From assembly GCA_030066265.1 (NCBI GenBank), contig JASJCF010000006.1, positions 1-51,717 of the forward strand: 51,717 bases of DNA, in the 5' to 3' direction. Shown one piece after another: positions 16,126-27,991 of the stretch. The notes beneath the pieces are model-generated. The model was not told where the DNA came from. It saw nothing but the letters and a program-made list of their open reading frames with translations, and did not search any database. The number at the start of each line of letters is the position of its first letter. The first letter of the stretch is position 1. Source of the stretch: Acidimicrobiia bacterium (lineage in GTDB: Bacteria; Actinomycetota; Acidimicrobiia; Spongiisociales; UBA5794). Both the position numbers and the translations under genes were made by a program.

Positions 16126-17459
16126 CCGTCGCACGGATCGCCGGGATTCTGCTCGGGCTCGTGGCCCTGGTGGTCACGATGCCCGTTCACGCCCGAGAAC
16201 CGGCCGTGCAACCGCCGGTGGAGATCGTCTCGATCGAGCTGGTCGGCGACTCCGGCACCCGGTTCGAGGTCGATGGCAGGCGGTACGTCGGGCCCCTTCG
16301 CTTCCTCGCCATGGCCGACGGGCTCGCCTTGGCCGAACGGGCTTCCATCGAGCAGTATCTGCAGGGAATCGCCGAGATGCCGTTCCTGTGGCCCGAAGAT
16401 GCCCTGCAGGCGCAGGCGGTTGCGGCTCGGACCTACCTCGCTCGCACGCTTCGGGGTGGCCGAAACGGCGACGCAGCGAAGTACGCCTACGACATCTGCG
16501 CAACGAGCAGGTGCCAGGTCTACAAGGGCGTCCAGCTGGTGGAGGACGACCACGGCGATCGCTGGCGCGATGCTGTCGATGCGACGAAGAACGAGCTGGT
16601 CCTCTCCAACGGTGTCCCCATCGAGGCCGTGTACTCGTCATCGGCCGGGAGCCGAACCCGTGCCAACCAAGACGTGTGGGCCTCGGATCCCGTGCCGTAT
16701 CTCCAGCCCGTCGACTCTCCCGAGATCGGTGTCGCCCCGTATGCGACGTGGCAGATCGAGCTCACCGCCGACCAATTCGTCCAGATCCTGCGTGCGGATG
16801 GGGTGGCCGTGGGAGGTTCCCTCATGGCGCTCGACGTCGACGATCCGCCCGAGGGCCTCGGGCGAGCTTCGCTGACCGTCGTCACGACCGGCGGCACGGA
16901 AACCCTGCTCGCCCCGAGCCTGCGGGGCGTGTTCAACCGTCGCGGAGACGACCTGTACCCGGGCGCTCTGCCTGCGAAGCTCCCCTCCGGCCTCCGGCTG
17001 CCCCAGCCCCTCCCGTCGGCCACCTACACCATCGACCATGTGGTGGTTCCTGCCCGTGTTGCCGATCGATTCCTCCCGGAGGACGACTATCCACGCGGCG
17101 ACCGAATCGTCATCGATGGCGAGGGCTGGGGTCACGGAGTGGGCATGAGCCAATGGGGCGCAAGGGCCATGGCCGAGAGCGGCTCCGATCACTCGGCGAT
17201 TCTCGCCCACTACTACGGCGGCCTCGAGCCGGAGGTGGCGTCCGAGCTCGTTCCGGAGGTGGTGCTCGTCGGTCTGTCCAATGGCCGGACTGCCATCGAA
17301 GTGGCCATCGATGGCGATGCCTCCCTCTTGGTCAACGGAGTTCCCGCCGGGCAGATCTCCTCGGGCACGTGGTATCTGCGTGCCACGGGTGACGGTGTCG
17401 GGGTCGTGGCCGGTGACGGCGACATGCTCGTCCTCACGGACCGACCTTGGCCGCGATGA
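16122..17459 (+). CDS. SpoIID/LytB-domain lytic transglycosylase-like protein
   Basis: Signal peptide; EQYLQGIAEMP..ALQAQAVAARTY, CQVYKG, GWGHGVGMSQWGA..ILAHYY. Confidence 0.9.
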   Translation: MTVARIAGILLGLVALVVTMPVHAREPAVQPPVEIVSIELVGDSGTRFEVDGRRYVGPLRFLAMADGLALAERASIEQYLQGIAEMPFLWPEDALQAQAVAARTYLARTLRGGRNGDAAKYAYDICATSRCQVYKGVQLVEDDHGDRWRDAVDATKNELVLSNGVPIEAVYSSSAGSRTRANQDVWASDPVPYLQPVDSPEIGVAPYATWQIELTADQFVQILRADGVAVGGSLMALDVDDPPEGLGRASLTVVTTGGTETLLAPSLRGVFNRRGDDLYPGALPAKLPSGLRLPQPLPSATYTIDHVVVPARVADRFLPEDDYPRGDRIVIDGEGWGHGVGMSQWGARAMAESGSDHSAILAHYYGGLEPEVASELVPEVVLVGLSNGRTAIEVAIDGDASLLVNGVPAGQISSGTWYLRATGDGVGVVAGDGDMLVLTDRPWPR

Positions 17460-17550
17460 TGGGAAGTATTCTCCCTACGGCGGTGTTGCAAAGGATGCCG
17501 GCGCCACGAGCGCCCGCTGTACCGTGGCCGAGGTTTGGGCCGGAGGAACC

Positions 17551-17844
17551 ATGAGCGAAGTCGAAGGCAGCATCATCCAGATCGCATCCGCGACCGACCG
17601 TCGCACGGACGGCGAGTCCGACATCGATCGCGATCAGCTCGATGCCACGCTCGACTACATCCGGCCTGCGTTGCTGGCCGACGGCGGTGACATGATCCTG
17701 CAAGGTGTCGATGGCGGCACGGTGTACCTGGAGCTGGTCGGAGCATGCGGCGGCTGCCCGATCTCGGAGACGACGGTGACGGCAGGAATCGAGCGGATCC
17801 TGCGCGACCGCGTGCCGGGCGTGACAGAAGTGGTTGCCGAGTAG
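17551..17844 (+). CDS. NifU/NfuA C-terminal domain Fe-S carrier
   Basis: IRPALLADGGD..GACGGCP..GIERIL; SD GGAGG before ATG 17551. Confidence 0.92.
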   Translation: MSEVEGSIIQIASATDRRTDGESDIDRDQLDATLDYIRPALLADGGDMILQGVDGGTVYLELVGACGGCPISETTVTAGIERILRDRVPGVTEVVAE

Positions 17845-17865
17845 CCGGTCACTAACGTCGCCGTC

Positions 17866-18786
17866 ATGGACGACGAGCAGCTGATCGCCAATGCGCGGGG
17901 CGGAGACGCACGATCACTCGCACGGACGCTCAGCGCAATCGAGGATCGCACGGTCGCTGGACGACGGGCATTCGCCGACCTCTTTCGGGCATCGGGCACT
18001 GCATGGACGATCGGCGTCACGGGTGCACCGGGATCCGGGAAGTCGACGCTGGTCTCGGCGCTCCTTCCCGAGCTGGTGGAGCACGGCGACGTCGCCGTGG
18101 TTGCGGTCGACCCGTCGAGTCCGTTCACCGGTGGGGCGATTCTGGGGGATCGGATCCGAATGACGGATTCCTCCCGAGATGATCGGGTCTACATCCGATC
18201 CCTCGCGAATCGTGGCGCTCTCGGGGGTATCTCGGACACGACACCTTCGATCGTGGCCGCCCTCGATGGCCTCGGCTTCCCCGAGATCGTGGTCGAGACC
18301 GTCGGCGTCGGTCAGTCCGAGATCGAGGTCGCCACGACGACCGACACGACCATCGTGGTGGTGAGCCCCGGTTGGGGAGATGCGATCCAGACCAGCAAGG
18401 CCGGGTTTCTGGAGATCGGGGACATCTTCGTCGTGAACAAAGCGGATCGCGACGGCTTCGAGGCCGCCGTTCGGGATCTCGAGACCATGATGGCGTTGGG
18501 TCCCGAGATGCCGTGGATGCCCCCGGTCGTTGCCACGGTCGCCACGACCGGGTCCGGTGTCGACGATCTCATGGCGGCCATTGCGAGCCACCGCGCCCAT
18601 CTCGAGGCCACGGATGCCCGGCGTGTCCGACGCAGGAGGGCTGCGGCGAGACAGCTCGCAGCAGCCATCCGGCTCGAAGCGGATGAAGCTTCCGACCCTG
18701 GGTCGCTCGATGATCTGGTAACGGCGATCGCAGAGCGCTCCGTCGACCCATGGACCGCAGCGGTGTCCCTGCTGGCCGCCAAGTAG
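17866..18786 (+). CDS. meaB: Methylmalonyl-CoA mutase-associated GTPase MeaB/ArgK
   Basis: GAPGSGKST, VDPSSPFTGGAILGDRIRM, ETVGVGQSE, NKAD. Confidence 0.93.
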   Translation: MDDEQLIANARGGDARSLARTLSAIEDRTVAGRRAFADLFRASGTAWTIGVTGAPGSGKSTLVSALLPELVEHGDVAVVAVDPSSPFTGGAILGDRIRMTDSSRDDRVYIRSLANRGALGGISDTTPSIVAALDGLGFPEIVVETVGVGQSEIEVATTTDTTIVVVSPGWGDAIQTSKAGFLEIGDIFVVNKADRDGFEAAVRDLETMMALGPEMPWMPPVVATVATTGSGVDDLMAAIASHRAHLEATDARRVRRRRAAARQLAAAIRLEADEASDPGSLDDLVTAIAERSVDPWTAAVSLLAAK

Positions 18787-18866
18787 CCTGGGCACGAGCA
18801 CCCCGGCGAGGGCGATCCCCGATGGATCTGCCGGGTCGGGACCTGCGGAACTCGGGAGGGGAACGG

Positions 18867-19634
18867 ATGGAATTGGTCAGGTACGAACAGCGGGGTGCGG
18901 TTGCGGTGATCACGCTGGATCGACCGCCCGTCAACGCCCTGAACAGCGAGCTGATTGCCGACATCGACGCGGCGGTCGGACGTGCTGAGGACGATGATGT
19001 CCGTGCCGTGGTGATCACGGGTGCGCCGCACTTCGCCGCCGGAGCCGATATCACCGGCTTCCAGGCCGCCTACGAGAGCGGCGGCAAGGAGCGGCAGGCG
19101 ACTGATCTATCGGACACGGTGCTACGACTCGAGCATCTCGCCAAGCCGACATTCGCAGCCGTCCACGGCTTTGCGCTCGGAGGTGGCCTCGAGCTCGCGA
19201 TGGGGTCGGACTTCCGCTACCTGGCTGAGACCGCCACGGTCGGGCAACCCGAGGTCAAGCTGGGTCTGATCCCAGGGGCGGGCGGAACACAGCGCCTCGC
19301 ACGCCTCGTCGGTCCGCAGCGATGCAAAGAGCTCTGCATGTCCGGCCGCCACATCGACGCCGAGGAAGCCCATGCGATCGGTCTCGCCGACAAGGTGGTG
19401 GCCGACGATCGATTGCTCGAGGTGACGCTCGCCGATGCGGAGGCGTTTGCGTCGGGCCCGACGGCTGCGTACGCAGGGGTCAAACGCGCTGTCGCCGAGG
19501 GGTTCGGTCGTCCGATCGAGGTCGCGCTCGAGATCGAGGCGAAGGAGTTCCACCACGTGTTCAGCTCAGACGATGCTCGAATCGGCGTGCGGGCCTTCCT
19601 CGACAAGGAGTCACCTGAGTTCACCGGTCGTTGA
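18867..19634 (+). CDS. Enoyl-CoA hydratase/isomerase
   Basis: LDRPPVNAL, FAAGADI, ALGGGLELA, PEVKLGLIPGAGGTQRL; ATG 18867 after SD GGAGG. Confidence 0.93.
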   Translation: MELVRYEQRGAVAVITLDRPPVNALNSELIADIDAAVGRAEDDDVRAVVITGAPHFAAGADITGFQAAYESGGKERQATDLSDTVLRLEHLAKPTFAAVHGFALGGGLELAMGSDFRYLAETATVGQPEVKLGLIPGAGGTQRLARLVGPQRCKELCMSGRHIDAEEAHAIGLADKVVADDRLLEVTLADAEAFASGPTAAYAGVKRAVAEGFGRPIEVALEIEAKEFHHVFSSDDARIGVRAFLDKESPEFTGR

Positions 19635-19694
19635 CCGGTCCGGGTTTCCACGGCGCGACGAGCTGAATCCGGGTCCTCGATCTACCCTTCCTCG

Positions 19695-20834
19695 ATGGCC
19701 TGGTCGGTCCCACGGTGGACCTTTCGCGTGGTGTTGGCACTCGTGTTCGTGCTCGGACTCGTGTGGTTCGCCATGTCGTGGGTGCATGCGAACGACATCC
19801 GCGCTGCGTTTCTCATCCCTGCGCCCGTGTTCGACGACTATCCGCTGACGGTGACCAACAACGAGGCCGGACGGATCACCGTCACGCGGAGCCCATGGAG
19901 CGAGCGAGAGGGCCTGTGGGGCCTCGACGGTGACGATGCATATGCCCAGGTGTCGACCATCGTCCGGCTCGAGGCCGAGACCGTCGAGCGCGGCCTCAGA
20001 ACGCTCGAAGGTGAGTTCTCGATCGGCGACTCGGCCCGCATCGATCCCGACGCCTACACGGGCGATCCCTTCACGGCGCACGGAATCGCCTGGGAGCCGC
20101 TGGTCATTCCATCCGAGATCGGTCCCCATCAGGGCTGGTTCGTCGACGGGAGGCGATCGACGTGGATCGTCTTCGTCCACGGAAAGGGTGATGATCGCCT
20201 CACCGAGTCACTTCGGATGATCCCGCGCCTCGTCGAGCAGGGTTTCCCGGTGATGGTGATCACGATCCGCAACGATGTGGGTGCGACCCCTTCCAGTTCG
20301 GGGATGCGCCTGTGGGGACTCGAGGAGTGGCGCGACGTCGACGCCGCCGTCCAGCTCGGTCTCCGCAAGGGAGCCAAGGATGTGGTCCTCGTCGCTTCCG
20401 GCTTCGGTGCGAGCATCGTGTCCACCTTCCTGCACGAATCCGACCAGATCGGTGTCGTGCGAGGGGCGGTGCTGGACTCGCCCGTCGTCGATCTCGAAGG
20501 CAGCGTCATCCGATGGTCACGCGAGGGTGGTACGCCCCGTATCGTTGGCTGGCTCGGGCGGAGGCTCGCAACCGTCCGGTTCGGGATGGAATGGGATCTG
20601 CTCGACCAGATCGAACGGGCAGACGAGTTCGACGTTCCGATGTTCATCCTGTTCGGCGGAGAGGATCCTGTGACGTATCCCGAGGACATCGAGAGGTTCG
20701 CAGACGCAGTGGACCCCCTCGCCGACCGGCAACGCTTCGAGCAGGGCGGCCACACCGACCTGTGGAACATCGATCAGTTCCGCTACGAGACGGTGGTCAC
20801 GTCGTGGCTGACCGAACTCCTCGGGACCGAGTGA
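19695..20834 (+). CDS. Membrane-anchored alpha/beta-hydrolase-fold protein
   Basis: N-terminal TM helix; IVFVHG, EWRDVDAAV, LDSPV, GEDPV, GGHT; nucleophile elbow degenerate. Confidence 0.82.
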   Translation: MAWSVPRWTFRVVLALVFVLGLVWFAMSWVHANDIRAAFLIPAPVFDDYPLTVTNNEAGRITVTRSPWSEREGLWGLDGDDAYAQVSTIVRLEAETVERGLRTLEGEFSIGDSARIDPDAYTGDPFTAHGIAWEPLVIPSEIGPHQGWFVDGRRSTWIVFVHGKGDDRLTESLRMIPRLVEQGFPVMVITIRNDVGATPSSSGMRLWGLEEWRDVDAAVQLGLRKGAKDVVLVASGFGASIVSTFLHESDQIGVVRGAVLDSPVVDLEGSVIRWSREGGTPRIVGWLGRRLATVRFGMEWDLLDQIERADEFDVPMFILFGGEDPVTYPEDIERFADAVDPLADRQRFEQGGHTDLWNIDQFRYETVVTSWLTELLGTE

Positions 20835-20836
20835 CC

Positions 20837-21973
20837 ATGGCGGAGATCTACCTCGACCACGCCGCAACAGCGCCGCTCCGGCCGGAGGCGCGTGATGCGA
20901 TGGTCAAAGCACTCGACGAGATCGGCGGGAATCCCTCCGGCTCCCACGCCGTGGCGAGGATGGCGAAGAACGCCCTCGAGGAGTCCCGGGAGCGGGCAGC
21001 GGAGCTGCTCGGCGCTGATCGTCCCGATGAGATCGTGTTCACCGGCGGAGGTACCGAATCGGACAACCTCGCGATCGTCGGATCGGTTCGCGCCTCGGCC
21101 GGCCGTGCGGTCGTCACCTCCACGATCGAGCACAAGGCCGTTCTCGAAGCGGCGAAGCACCTCCACGCGATGGGGAGCGCGTGGTCGACCGTCGGGTGTG
21201 ATCGCGACGGTGTCGTCATGCCGACGACGTGCGCAGATGTCGTTGGCGGCAACGAGGCGACCGTGAGTGTCATGGCCGCCAACAACGAGACGGGTGCGCT
21301 CCAGCCCGTGGCTGAGATCGCAGGATCGGTCCGAGGGTCGCAACCCGGTGTCGTCGTCCACACCGACGCCGTCCAAGCCTTCGTCGGGGGCGAGGTCACC
21401 GTCGCCTCGACACGAGCGGATCTCATCACGCTCTCGGCGCACAAGTTCGGCGGTCCCAAGGGTGTGGGCCTGCTGTACGTGCGCTCCGGGACGCCCCTGG
21501 AGCCGCTCGTCCACGGCGGGGGACAGGAGGCCGGCCGCCGGTCGGGGACGGCGAATGTCCCTGGGATCGTGGGCATGGTCGAAGCGATGGCCGCAACGGT
21601 CTCGGATCGGGACCGATTCCGTGACGACGTGGGTGGCGAACGAGACCGATTCGAAGCGGTGTTGGCAGATCGCCTTCCGAAGGCAGCGATCACGGCGAGA
21701 GAGGTCCCCCGGATGCCGCACTTCTCCCATGTGCGATTCCCGGAGATTCGTGCAGAGACGTTGCTCATCAGGCTCGATCGGATCGGCGTCCGCGCCGCAG
21801 CGGGATCTGCTTGCCAATCCGGAGCGATCGAGCCCAGCCACGTGCTCACGGCCATGGGCATGGCGCCGGCAGCCGCTGCCGAGTGTGTTCGCTTCAGCTT
21901 CGGGTGGGCGTCTCGGGTGGGCGATGGTGAGGCCGCAGCGCACATCGTCGCCGACATGGTGGATTCGATCTGA
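20837..21973 (+). CDS. iscS: Cysteine desulfurase (IscS/NifS class I)
   Basis: YLDHAATAP, FTGGGTESDN, HTDAVQ, SAHKFGGPKG, RSGT, AGSACQSG; ATG 20837. Confidence 0.93.
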   Translation: MAEIYLDHAATAPLRPEARDAMVKALDEIGGNPSGSHAVARMAKNALEESRERAAELLGADRPDEIVFTGGGTESDNLAIVGSVRASAGRAVVTSTIEHKAVLEAAKHLHAMGSAWSTVGCDRDGVVMPTTCADVVGGNEATVSVMAANNETGALQPVAEIAGSVRGSQPGVVVHTDAVQAFVGGEVTVASTRADLITLSAHKFGGPKGVGLLYVRSGTPLEPLVHGGGQEAGRRSGTANVPGIVGMVEAMAATVSDRDRFRDDVGGERDRFEAVLADRLPKAAITAREVPRMPHFSHVRFPEIRAETLLIRLDRIGVRAAAGSACQSGAIEPSHVLTAMGMAPAAAAECVRFSFGWASRVGDGEAAAHIVADMVDSI

Positions 21974-23055
21974 TGCGCGCGCTCGTTGCGATGTCCGGCG
22001 GTGTCGACAGCTCAGTCGCCGCGGCCCTCATGCTGGAACAGGGCGCCGAGGTCATCGGTGTCACGCTCAAGCAGTGGGAGGGACCCGACGGCTCCATGCC
22101 CGTGTCGGGATGCTGCACGCTGTCGGATGCCGAGGACGCCAGGCGTGTCGCTGCGCAGCTCGACATCCCGTACTACGTGCTCGACTATGTCGACGAGTTC
22201 ACCGAAGCGGTCGTCAAACCCTTCGCCGAGGGGTATCTCAACGGCCTGACCCCGAACCCCTGTGTCGAATGCAATCGGAAGGTCCGGTTTCGAGCACTCC
22301 TCGACCGGACGGCGGAGCTCGATTGTGACGTCCTGGTGACCGGGCACCACGCCAGGGTGGAGCGTTCGGGTGGGAAGTACCGACTGAGGAGGGCGATCGA
22401 CCCGACGAAGGATCAGTCGTATGTGCTGCACATGCTCGACCAGAGCTCGTTGGCGAAGGTGCGGCTCCCCGTCGGGGAGATGACCAAGACCCAGGTGCGC
22501 GCCCGTGCGGCCGCACTGGGCCTGCGCACAGCGGCCAAACCCGACAGCCAGGACATCTGCTTCGTCACCTCGGGCGACTACCGGGACTTCCTCGGGACGG
22601 TCGTGCCGGCTGCGGCGTCGGGCGGTGAGATCGTCGACACCGATGGGAATGTCGTCGGGCACCACGCAGGGACGGCATCGTTCACGATCGGGCAGAGAAA
22701 AGGCCTCGGTGTCGCCGTGGGAGAGCCACGGTTCGTCGTCGACATCGAGCCGAGGGAACAGGTCGTCACCATCGGGACCAAGGAGGATCTCCTCACGGAC
22801 TCGTGCGTGGCGGTCGACATGAGCTTCGTCGACGAGCCCATCGAGCCAGGGGATCACGTCGAGGTGAAGGTCCGCTATCGCACCGAACCGGTCGGTGCCA
22901 CCGCCGCCCCCCACGCCGGTGGATGGGAGTTCCGCTTCGATCGGCCCCAGCCCCGCCCGGCGCCAGGGCAAGCGCTCGTCGCCTATCGCGGCGAGTACGT
23001 CCTCGGAGGTGGCACCATCGTCGATGCTCGGTCGGGTGTCACGGTCGGCGGGTAG
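21973..23055 (+). CDS. mnmA: tRNA 2-thiouridine(34) synthase
   Basis: AMSGGVDSS, TPNPCVECN, TGHHAR, KDQSY, KPDSQDICF, TIGQRKGLG, PGQ. Confidence 0.97.
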   Translation: MRALVAMSGGVDSSVAAALMLEQGAEVIGVTLKQWEGPDGSMPVSGCCTLSDAEDARRVAAQLDIPYYVLDYVDEFTEAVVKPFAEGYLNGLTPNPCVECNRKVRFRALLDRTAELDCDVLVTGHHARVERSGGKYRLRRAIDPTKDQSYVLHMLDQSSLAKVRLPVGEMTKTQVRARAAALGLRTAAKPDSQDICFVTSGDYRDFLGTVVPAAASGGEIVDTDGNVVGHHAGTASFTIGQRKGLGVAVGEPRFVVDIEPREQVVTIGTKEDLLTDSCVAVDMSFVDEPIEPGDHVEVKVRYRTEPVGATAAPHAGGWEFRFDRPQPRPAPGQALVAYRGEYVLGGGTIVDARSGVTVGG

Positions 23056-25098
<2,043 letters not shown>

Positions 25099-25100
25099 CG

Positions 25101-25556
25101 TCAGATCGCCAGGAAGGCCACGCCCAGCCCGAGCGCAATCAGGATCGGGATGGCGGCGACCCAGGTGGGTGCCGTGACGCCGTCGACCAACGGTGTCAGG
25201 AAGCCGATCGTGATGAAGATCACCGTGGCAGCGGGGACGGCGTACGGGACGAGGTCGGCCACGACGGCTTGGTCGGTGACCACGATGGCCGCCACGGCGA
25301 CGAACCATCCGCCGGCGACGGTCCACGAGAAGGTCCGCAGGCCGTTGCTCGTCGCACGGAGGCGCCTCCAGAGTGCGCCCGAAGCTGCACCGAGCGTCAG
25401 GGCGGCGAGCACGACGACGAGGCTGTTGGCATAGGTCTCGTTGGGGCTGTCGACGAACAGCCCGATGATCGCTGCCACGATGGCACCGATGGCGCCTGCG
25501 ACCACGCCGGCGAGCACGGGGTTCCACGTGTTCGGGTCATAGGTGTACTCGTTCAT
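25101..25556 (-). CDS. Hypothetical integral membrane protein (about 5 TM)
   Basis: Hydrophobic throughout; ATG 25556 just after the upstream gene stop, with a GGTGAG SD-like element. Confidence 0.7.
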   Translation of the reverse strand: MNEYTYDPNTWNPVLAGVVAGAIGAIVAAIIGLFVDSPNETYANSLVVVLAALTLGAASGALWRRLRATSNGLRTFSWTVAGGWFVAVAAIVVTDQAVVADLVPYAVPAATVIFITIGFLTPLVDGVTAPTWVAAIPILIALGLGVAFLAI

Positions 25557-25566
25557 CTCACCCTGA

Positions 25567-25965
25567 TCATTGCACGCGGAACGTCCACACGACGGTTCCC
25601 ACGTCGATCTGTCTGGGGCCGATGTAGGTCGCAACCACCGTGTGATCGCCGGGCGACCATTGCTCGATGACCTTGCCTGGGCCCGGCTCGAACTGATGCC
25701 GGCCGGTTTCGACGATGCTGTCGACCTGGTCCGGGGGGATGCTGGTCCCGTCGATCTGGAATCGTGCGTCGTAGTTCGCCTCGAGATCGAGGACCACCTT
25801 GACCGGCTGGACGACGAGGTCCTGGTCTCCGGGCGAGTACGACTCGACGGCGTCGGGGAGGGTCGTGGGATCGCCGGACGGGATGAACAGCACGGCGCCG
25901 ACGATCACGGCGATCAAGGCCATCGCCAAAAGGAGATACACGAGGCGATACTGGGTCGTGGTCAC
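25567..25965 (-). CDS. Hypothetical membrane-anchored protein with beta-rich (Ig-like) domain
   Basis: N-terminal TM, then SPGD..PGDHTVVATY..WTFRV; TAGCAT 6 nt upstream. Confidence 0.72.
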   Translation of the reverse strand: MTTTQYRLVYLLLAMALIAVIVGAVLFIPSGDPTTLPDAVESYSPGDQDLVVQPVKVVLDLEANYDARFQIDGTSIPPDQVDSIVETGRHQFEPGPGKVIEQWSPGDHTVVATYIGPRQIDVGTVVWTFRVQ

Positions 25966-26022
25966 ATCGCGATGCTACGGAGGGCAGCGGAGAAGGGTCA
26001 CGCGTGGGGTAGCGTGCTCGCC

Positions 26023-27192
26023 GTGGAGCTCAACCCGGTGCTGGCCCATCTCGGCAATTACCCGCTGGCGACCGTTGCGAGGCGAGCGGCAGAACGGCGC
26101 GAGCGGGGTCTTCCGGTGATCGACTTCTCGATCGGCGACCCGAGGGAGCCGACGCCGCCATTCATCGCCGACGCCCTGAGAGATGCCGTTCCGGAGGTGT
26201 CGCAATATCCGACCGCCGCAGGCAGGCCGGAACTGCGGGCGGCGATCGCCGCCTATGTCTCGAGGCGCTTCGGTGTCGATGTTGATCCCGAGACCCAGGT
26301 CATCCCCACCAGCGGATCGAAAGAGGCAATCTTCTCCACGGCATTCGCCTTCGTCGATCCGCACACTCGTTCAACGGTGATCGTCCCCTCGCCGGGATAC
26401 CCGGTGTACGAGCGCGGGGCGCTGTTCGCAGGTGCACAGGTGCATCGTGTGATCCTCTCCGGGGACTTCGTGATGCGTGCTCGGGACATCGAGCCGGAGG
26501 CATGGGAGCAGGCTCGTCTGGTGTGGACCTGCTCGCCCCAGAACCCGACCGGATCGGTGACCGATGCGGGTGATCTCCTCGACTTGGTCAGCGCTGCCCG
26601 TCGCCACGATGCCTTGCTCCTGTCCGATGAGTGCTACGCCGATGTGTACGAGGAAGCCGCCTATCCGTCGGGTCCGCCATCGATCCTCGAGGTCGCCGGC
26701 GATGGGTCGGCGGGCGTCCTCGCCTACCTCTCGCTGTCGAAGCGATCCGGGATGACGGGCTACCGCTCCGGTGCGGTCGTGGGCGATCCCGAGGCCATCG
26801 CAGCACTGCGGTCGTTGCGATCGACCACAGGCACCGCCTCGCCGGACTTCGTCCAGGCTGCCGGTGCAGCCGCCTGGATGGACGACGTTCATGCTGCCGA
26901 GCGGCGGACGATCTTCAGCGAGAAGCGCACGATCCTGGCAGCTGCATTCGCTTCGATCGGCATGGAGGTTGTCGCCTCCCGAGCGGGCCTGTACCTGTGG
27001 GTGCGCGTTGGCGACGACGAGGCAGTCACCCGACGACTCCTCGACCGCGGCATCGTCGTGGCACCGGGGCGTGCGTTCGGGCCGGGCGGCGAGGGACACA
27101 TCCGGCTTGCGCTCGTCCCGACTCTGGAAGAATGCGATGCGGCCGCTGATGCACTCGTAAACGCTCTCGATGAAAGGGGATCCGATGGATGA
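26023..27192 (+). CDS. dapC: N-succinyldiaminopimelate aminotransferase (class I/II PLP)
   Basis: FSIGDP, GSKEAIF, PQNPTG, SDECY, SLSKRSGMTGYRSG, IRLALV; first gene of the dapD/dapE operon; GTG 26023. Confidence 0.88.
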   Translation: MELNPVLAHLGNYPLATVARRAAERRERGLPVIDFSIGDPREPTPPFIADALRDAVPEVSQYPTAAGRPELRAAIAAYVSRRFGVDVDPETQVIPTSGSKEAIFSTAFAFVDPHTRSTVIVPSPGYPVYERGALFAGAQVHRVILSGDFVMRARDIEPEAWEQARLVWTCSPQNPTGSVTDAGDLLDLVSAARRHDALLLSDECYADVYEEAAYPSGPPSILEVAGDGSAGVLAYLSLSKRSGMTGYRSGAVVGDPEAIAALRSLRSTTGTASPDFVQAAGAAAWMDDVHAAERRTIFSEKRTILAAAFASIGMEVVASRAGLYLWVRVGDDEAVTRRLLDRGIVVAPGRAFGPGGEGHIRLALVPTLEECDAAADALVNALDERGSDG

Positions 27193-27991
27193 TCAACAGA
27201 TCATCGACGCTGCATACCGGGGCGATGTCGAGCCGGCTGATGCTGCCGATGCCATTCATCGAACCATTGCGGGCCTCGATCGTGGTGAGCTTCGCGTTGC
27301 TGAGAAGGTCGAAGGCGAATGGATCGTCCATGTGTGGATCAAGGAGGCGATCTCGCTCTACTTCCGCATCATGGGGATGGAGACGATGCATGACGATCCC
27401 TTCGAGTTCCACGACAAGATCCCGTTGAAGTCGGGACTCGCCCAGGCGAACATCCGCGTGGTGCCTCCCGGAACCGTGCGCTACGGAGCGTTCTGCGAGC
27501 CTGGCGTGATCGTGATGCCTGGCTACGTCAACATCGGAGCACGCGTCGGTGGCGGGACGATGGTCGACACCTGGGCGACCGTGGGATCGTGCGCACAGAT
27601 CGGTCGCAACGTGCACCTGAGCGGTGGAGTCGGCATCGGCGGGGTTCTCGAACCACCCGGCGCTCGGCCGGTCATCGTCGAAGACGGTGCCTTCATCGGC
27701 TCACGATCGATCATCGTCGAGGGCGCCCTCATCGAGCACGGAGCGGTCATCGGGGCCAACACCACGATCACGGCCTCGACGCCGATCATCGACGTCACGG
27801 GCCACGAACCGGTCGAAACGCGAGGTCGGGTACCCGCGAACAGCGTTGTGATCCCGGGGACGCGTCCCAAGCAGTTCCCAGCAGGAACGTATCAACTGCA
27901 GTGTGCGCTCATCATCGGGCAGCGAAGTGAGTCGACCGACGAGAAGACCTCCCTCAATGAGGCGCTGAGGACCTTCGAGGTGCAGGTGTGA
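27185..27991 (+). CDS. dapD: Tetrahydrodipicolinate N-succinyltransferase
   Basis: FHDKIPLK, RVVPP, YVNIGARV..MVDTWATVGSCAQIG..HLSGGVGIGGVLEP hexapeptide repeats, KTSLNEALR. Confidence 0.96.
   Translation: MDDQQIIDAAYRGDVEPADAADAIHRTIAGLDRGELRVAEKVEGEWIVHVWIKEAISLYFRIMGMETMHDDPFEFHDKIPLKSGLAQANIRVVPPGTVRYGAFCEPGVIVMPGYVNIGARVGGGTMVDTWATVGSCAQIGRNVHLSGGVGIGGVLEPPGARPVIVEDGAFIGSRSIIVEGALIEHGAVIGANTTITASTPIIDVTGHEPVETRGRVPANSVVIPGTRPKQFPAGTYQLQCALIIGQRSESTDEKTSLNEALRTFEVQV

Noticed and set aside
17460-17550. Riboswitch in leaders of the nifU-like gene, echA, serA or tupB
   Set aside because: Leaders are short and show no cobalamin, Moco/Wco, SAM or glycine aptamer consensus that I can recognise.
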